Source: Paramecium tetraurelia (Eukaryota). Taken from it: a stretch of DNA of 64,000 nucleotides. Of this stretch, positions 56,655 to 64,000 are shown in pieces. The DNA lies in the NCBI GenBank assembly GCA_000165425.1, contig CT868252.1, forward strand, positions 248,001 through 312,000, written 5' to 3'. The first letter of the stretch is position 1. Each line of letters begins with the position of its first letter. A model generated the notes under the pieces. It was not told the origin of the DNA. It saw only the letters and a list, made by a program, of their open reading frames with translations, and ran no database searches. The position numbers and the translations under genes are program-made.

Positions 56655-57437
56655 TATCTATTACTTTAATATTATAAAATTTATTATAATGAAAGTAAAA
56701 TATTAATTTTCAGTTATATAGCAAGGGAGATACAATTTTTCGTACAAAAATAACAATCTTAACAACTATTTATCTTAATTTAAATTATATCAAATAGGAC
56801 TTTGAAAATTGCATTATGTAAATGATGAAAATTCTACTAATTTCGTATTTCTAAAGATGTGAATACTCAATGTGCATACTCATCAAATTACTCTTAAATA
56901 CTAATAGTATTCCAATTTAATAAAGTAATCAGCTTCAGAATCTGGCATATTTCTTTAGTTAATTTTTAAACTCTTTTTAAGCCGAAGAAACTCATATAGT
57001 ATTAATTATCTTTCATTTATATGATGAGCAATTAGTGTTTATTTTGCCGAGATGTTCTCATAATACTAATATTATAAGATCTCGATTTGAGTTGATATAA
57101 GATTTTATGCTGTATAAAAAAGAACCCAATACAAAGTATAAAAAAAACCCAAGTAATAATGATTATAGCATTTGTATAGGTATGCTTTTGGATATTTGTC
57201 CCTTTTCTGTTAAAATAGATTGATCACTGATGAGTCACCTTATTGATTTATAATATAAGTTAATTAAGTAGATTAGAATCATTTTTATTTAATAATAATT
57301 TTCAGAGTGGATTATATTAAATTATCTTTAGAATTATCTCTTAAATTAATGTTAAAATGAAAAGACTTTGTAGTTTATTGGTTTTATTAACTAAAAGATA
57401 AAGATTAATTGAATATAATATAATAATAAAATGATAT

Positions 57438-59291
57438 TCAAATTTCAGCAAAAATTATATTGAATGTTCTTTTATTCCAATTGGAAAACATCCCATCTGC
57501 ATAATCCATAGGACCAGGTAGATTATTTTTTGGAACACTTTTTGAAAATCGTTCTTACTATTGATATAAATTTTAGACTATTACTTTGCACATAAATGGA
57601 GGAGGATCTTTCTTTTTCTTTTTAAATAATCCTAATTAATTTTATGGTGATTTTTCTAAATAAGGAGGTTCATCATCTTCTTCATCTTCATTTACTTCTT
57701 TTATCTTCCATCTTTCAGCACCAACACCAAATGGTGGTTTAATAACTGCCAATTTAGGATCATCTTCTTCTGGTTTGATAATTTTATTAGCAATTGTATG
57801 TGAATTAACATTATATGCACCTGGAGCTGGATTGATGTTTGGGATTGATAAATCCTAACTTTTTGGAGCGTGACTCATAAAAGCGTATGTTCCCTTTTGT
57901 TCTGGTAATTTCTTGTCTTTTTTTGCATCATCAAGTTTATCAACTTCATATGCCCCAGGACCAGGAACCAATAACTTTTGTTCTTTGAATCTATTCTCAT
58001 TAGCTCCAAACTATCCTAAAGGAGCCTTCATTAATTTTGAGATCAATCTCTATTCTATAGTATTCGCAGCTTTATATGACCCAGGAGCAGGAGTCTCTGA
58101 CTGTTATTCTTCAAACCTAGTTTTGCTTATCAAAAATGGAGGTTAAGCACCTTTATGTCGATGAGCAGTTACTTCCAATTAATAACTGCCAGGACCAGGA
58201 GTATGCTATGATTTTGATTGAAATCTTTTAGTTCTAGTTTTAATCGAGCCTTTAGCTTAAGATTTATTTAAAAATTAAGAAATCGTTTACTGAGTAGAGG
58301 CATTTTCATAGTAACCAGGACCTGGTGTTGCATCCTATATTAAATGATATAAAATACTTCAATGTAACTATATTCTGAATCAACATCAGTTTCTCTGGCT
58401 GTAGTTGCTGGATTAGTAGATTGATGAAAACTATATTATTTATTATCCAATCCTTTTTTGATATATCCAGTGTTGTTTTTGAGATTTTAAAATTTGAAAT
58501 CCGATTAGCGACTTTGTTTAGAACTGAATGCTGTGGTTGGTTTCATTTAGTACATAGGTTAGGATTGACCGCATATGTCATAATAACCAGGGCCGATAGG
58601 TGACTAATTGTCTTTTTTGTCTTAGCTTCTTGGCTTATGCCATGATACTCCTCTTGGTTTTGTATTGTTGAATGTACTTTTAAGATCGTACGATCCGGGT
58701 CCAATATCATAAGATATGTCAACAGGATTTTATTCCAACTGATTGTCTTTTTATAGTATTGAGTATTATAACCTTTATTCTCAATGTAGCCTTGATGAAC
58801 ATTAGAAGGAATTGAGGGTATGCTTAAGTATTTGTTATCCCTAGCCAATTGTTCCAAAACATTTAGTTTTTTAGGCCGATTGGCTTAGCCGGCTGAATGA
58901 AATTTCTTCCTTTCATCTTAAAAGTATTGAGTGGGACTAAGGATAAAATAAGTTGAGTATACCTAGGTCCTTCAAATCTATCCTCCTTAAATCTCACAGT
59001 AGTGGATCTGAAAACTGATATTGGTTTAGGTACTTCCAAAATTTTGATTTCTTATTCGTCTGATTAAAAGATTACTTTTTGGCACTCGAAGGAGCCTTGC
59101 AGGTTGTAAGTTCCTGGGCCGGGAATAGGATTAAGCTTATCAGATTTATTTATTCTTTCGACAGTTGAATTGAAGGGATGATGATTGGCCCTATTTTCTA
59201 TTTCAGGGATGTGATCATATTGTCCAGGTCCCACTAATTCAGTTTTTGGAATATACGTTCCTCTGTTTTCACTTCTATATACAAAAGCCAT
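57438..59291 (-). CDS. Sperm-tail PG-rich repeat (STPG/SHIPPO) ciliary protein
   Basis: More than 8 PGPGxY / PAPGxY repeats separated by F...RF motifs. Confidence 0.9.
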
Positions 59292-59324
59292 TTGAATATA
59301 CTATTTAGTTAATTAAATAAACTA

Positions 59325-60531
59325 TCAATCCTTTTAAGTAATCCACTCCAATAATGTGCCATTGTCCCATCTTCCTCTGTGTTCTTCGCCTTTTTCATCA
59401 ACTACCGAACCTAGCCCATGTTATTTGCCATCATGCCATTCTCCCACGTATTTTGATCCATCAGCTATAAGAATGGTAAATATACTTACGCCAATCGAAT
59501 GTCCCATAACCCTATTTCTTATCATTCTAATAAGATCCTTTGTATCTTCTCCCATCTGCCCATTTGAACTCTCCTAATCCATGCATTTTATTTTATCTCC
59601 ATTATCCTATAAAGGTTCTCCCATCTCCCCAAACATAGGTTCCCATCCCATGAATTGCATTGTCTAAGAATTCACCCTCATAATATGATCCATCTGGCCA
59701 TTTAAATATACCATGTCCTTCTTTTTTACTCTAAATGTAGGCTCCTTTATAACTTGTACCATCCGGCCATATTTCATGTCCCAATCCATCTTACTTATCA
59801 TCTTTCCAACTACCTTCATAACTTGCCCCATCAGCATGCACATACTTCCCTTATCCATGTGCTATTATTATACTTACTATACTTTACCTTTGTCATTATC
59901 CCATTCTCCTTCATAATAATCTCCATCTGCATGTATCAATCTGCCATGACCATGAGCACAACTATTTTTCCAATATCCTTCATAATAGCTACCTTCTTTC
60001 CAAACTTGTCTCCCTGTCATATTTAACCAATTCTATACCTCTACCCTATCTTAATCCATATTTCCATTATCCATCATAAACCATTCCTTGTTCAAATATT
60101 TAAGGCTCTAAAAATACTGCTTCGGGATCATCTCCTCTAGTATATTAATACTCCTTTAATCTGCTAAGGACCATTTTGACTTTTGATCCTATCAAACTTT
60201 AGAGTTCACTGGCTGGTCTACCCCAAGGCTACGCCAGTTTTGCTATTGGACAATGCACAGAAATTAGTTATTCTGAGTTTGTTTTTTATTTCTAAATATC
60301 CGCACCATCTCCAACCATAGACAATGATGCCTCCTTTTGAATATTGATCGAAGGTTTCTGACTTGTTCTCAATTAGTGCTATGAAGCATTTACAATCTCT
60401 GCTAAAGATGCTTTTGAAAAAGGTTAAGATCTTCTAACTATTGAGTGTAAAGATGCTTGTTTAGCATTCTAATGAGCACCATATTCGCTTATATTTTATG
60501 GGTCATTCATACATGCCTGACAATTACCCAT
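59325..60531 (-). CDS. MORN-repeat protein with N-terminal acylation motif
   Basis: MGNCQAC start; tandem YEGEW/GYG..WPDG repeats; introns. Confidence 0.9.
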
Positions 60532-61181
60532 TTATATTTTCAAATTATATAAATAATTGATTTGATAATTTTACACATTCAAACCTTCTAATTTATATTT
60601 AAGTATCACAACAATTTATCCCATAATGAAACATTCTTATTAAGCATTTTGATACTTTTGTCTAAGATCCTTTTAATAGAATATTTATGTAATTTAGTGA
60701 TATCACAACAAATACTGAGATTTTTATCAAGTTTTTAAAAATATACTCTAATTTTATTCACTGTAGTGCCTTATTTTATTCAATAACGCTTTATGATCAG
60801 CCAGAATAATAATTTTGAATTAAATAGCATACATTTTGTATTTGATTATAGATTTGATTACACAACCATATTTATAACATTTAATTTAATTTTGATAATT
60901 AATATCTGCGTTGAGGTACAACGATAATACTTGATCTAATGAAAGATATGTAATCTAACTTGTTAGATAGTCATTATGCATTTACCGAAATGACTGGTGT
61001 CCTTCTTGGAGGGGAATTTAAGAGTCAATAAATTAGTTAATAAATTATATACATTATAACACCAATAGTACGTAATATCTTGCTTTAATTTATTCGATTA
61101 TGAAATATCTTAATTTTCTTAGGTTCAAAACTACCCAACATATCCAAAAAAATCATTAATAAACAATCTAGAAACTCAAAA

Positions 61182-61564
61182 ATGACACTCTTTGAATAAT
61201 TAGGAGGTGAAGCCGCTGTCACAGCTGTTACAGCATAATTTTATGCTAACATCCAAGCTGATGCCACAGTTGCCAATTTCTTCAATGGAATCAACATGGC
61301 TGACTAAACAAACAAGACAGCATCATTTTTATGTGCTGCTCTTGGAGGACCAAAGGCATGGGGAGGCAGAGTACTATAATTTATGTTAATATTTATTAGA
61401 ACTTAAAGGAAGTTCATGCCAACATGGGAGTCACAAATGCTCAATTTACAACAGTCATTGGACATTTGAGAAGTGCATTGACCTCAGCTGGTGTTGCTGC
61501 TGATTTGGTTGAATAAACCGTCGCTGTTGCAGAAACAGTTAGAGGAGACGTCGTCACAGCCTGA
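61182..61564 (+). CDS. Truncated (2/2, group I) hemoglobin, Paramecium type
   Basis: [74 protein letters not shown]...VRGDVVTA. Single 29-nt intron at 61371-61399. Confidence 0.97.
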
Positions 61565-62855
61565 TTTATATAATATATCATGCACAAATATCAAATACCA
61601 TCTAAAATATCCATCCATTAGTTCTATTGTAATACAACAATTCTTAGACTAATCTAGACAAAATTCTCCTATTCGATTGAAAAAGAACAATACGCGCTGA
61701 CCTCAAGCCTGTCCTTCTAAACAAATTATCTTTATCATTTACTATTCTAGAAAATAATACAAAAATGGAAATAATATGAAAAATCTTATTTTATTAAATT
61801 AAGCCATTTATTCATAAACTTGCTTTACAAGCCACTCTATTTATTTTTATTATAGTTAGAGAATTCAAACGCTATGTTTTTACACTAAAATTTTTGTCAT
61901 GTTTATAAAAACCATAACAATTATTTAATTGGAATTAGAAAATATATTTTTATATTTCTAACTATTATTAGCTTTTGTATATATAAGTACTGATGATCTA
62001 AATGAGTGGATGTGTTGTTATTATAACTTATGTTTTAGAAATTTAATTTTATTCTAATGTATTTTATAATTATTATAAATATATATTAAAATATAATTGT
62101 TATACTTCTAGAAGAAAGAAATATCTAATTTCAAAAATAGTTTTAAACTAAATTTTATGAAGAATATATTTGAATAGAAGGTAATCATATCTTAATAGCA
62201 TTAGTTGCAAGTGCCAAATTATTAAATAATAGGTTCAGTAAAATATCGGATTGCAATCACTTTACACTATAATTTATTGGTCCTTGTTTAGTATATCAAA
62301 TAATTCACTAAATTTCCTAATAAAATGGTCTAAATATTTTATTGTGAAACCTCATCTATAAAATAATCGAAAGTTGTGTAATAAAATCATGATTATTGTT
62401 AAGGTCATTTTGAATTGAAATCAATGAGGCTAGTTTTATATTATTTCAAGAAGTAAATAAAAGAAATTCATTTAATCTTTATATTTATTAATTATTTTTA
62501 CTATAAAAAATCTAAATTATTAATTAAATTTCATCATTTTTCATCCCATCACATTAAATTTAATTCTAATGTGAAAGCTGTGTTAATTTAAGTAGGAGTA
62601 ACGATCTCAATCATATTATGCACTTTGCCTGGTACCTCAGATGAAGAAGGAAGAATAATAAGTTTGGACATTCTTAGTTATGACAACCCAGAAGATAAAT
62701 TATTATGTCCTATAAAATTTAGACTGAATAATTTATTTTTTAATGCCTGAAAAATTATTTGAGCTTCAAAAGATTGATGGAATTTGGATATTTAAGTAAA
62801 ATTCAATGAGTTTAGTAAAATTAATAATAATACATTTTAGATTATTTTATTTAAA

Positions 62856-64000
<1,145 letters not shown>

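Noticed and set aside
61990..62040. TGATGA C-box-like motif (possible snoRNA)
   Set aside because: There is no matching D box (CTGA) or terminal stem nearby.
62540..62750. Short region open on both strands upstream of PTEN
   Set aside because: It has no convincing start or recognisable motif, and open frames are common with a single stop codon.

Overview
This is AT-rich, gene-dense eukaryotic DNA from a ciliate macronuclear genome, almost certainly Paramecium. Genes read only with TAA/TAG = Gln and TGA as the sole stop (table 6). Introns are tiny (about 22-30 nt, GT..AG), intergenic spacers are often only 15-50 nt, and a truncated hemoglobin closely matches Paramecium globins. The supplied standard-code ORF track therefore shows only fragments. 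Manual translation gives about 30 genes: a large type-I membrane protein, a Ulp1/SENP protease, two acylated MORN proteins, TEX9, enkurin, a Notum/pectinacetylesterase-like protein with a broken catalytic triad, ALDH3, a calcyphosin-like EF-hand protein, a hybrid histidine kinase, a myristoylated pseudokinase-TPR giant, two Ser/Thr kinases, an RRM protein, an AUH-like hydratase, AP-2 alpha, a secreted C39-like peptidase, an N-truncated SSRP1, a cyclin, IscA2, an ABHD hydrolase, CPSF2, an STPG protein, globin and PTEN. There is one 313-N assembly gap. The most striking element is an ~8.2-kb gene for a very-large-inducible-GTPase (GVIN1/URGCP-like) protein fused to a C-terminal VWA domain, interrupted by three +1 frame slips. 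All calls come from manual translation and motif recognition; no database search was run, and exon boundaries are approximate.
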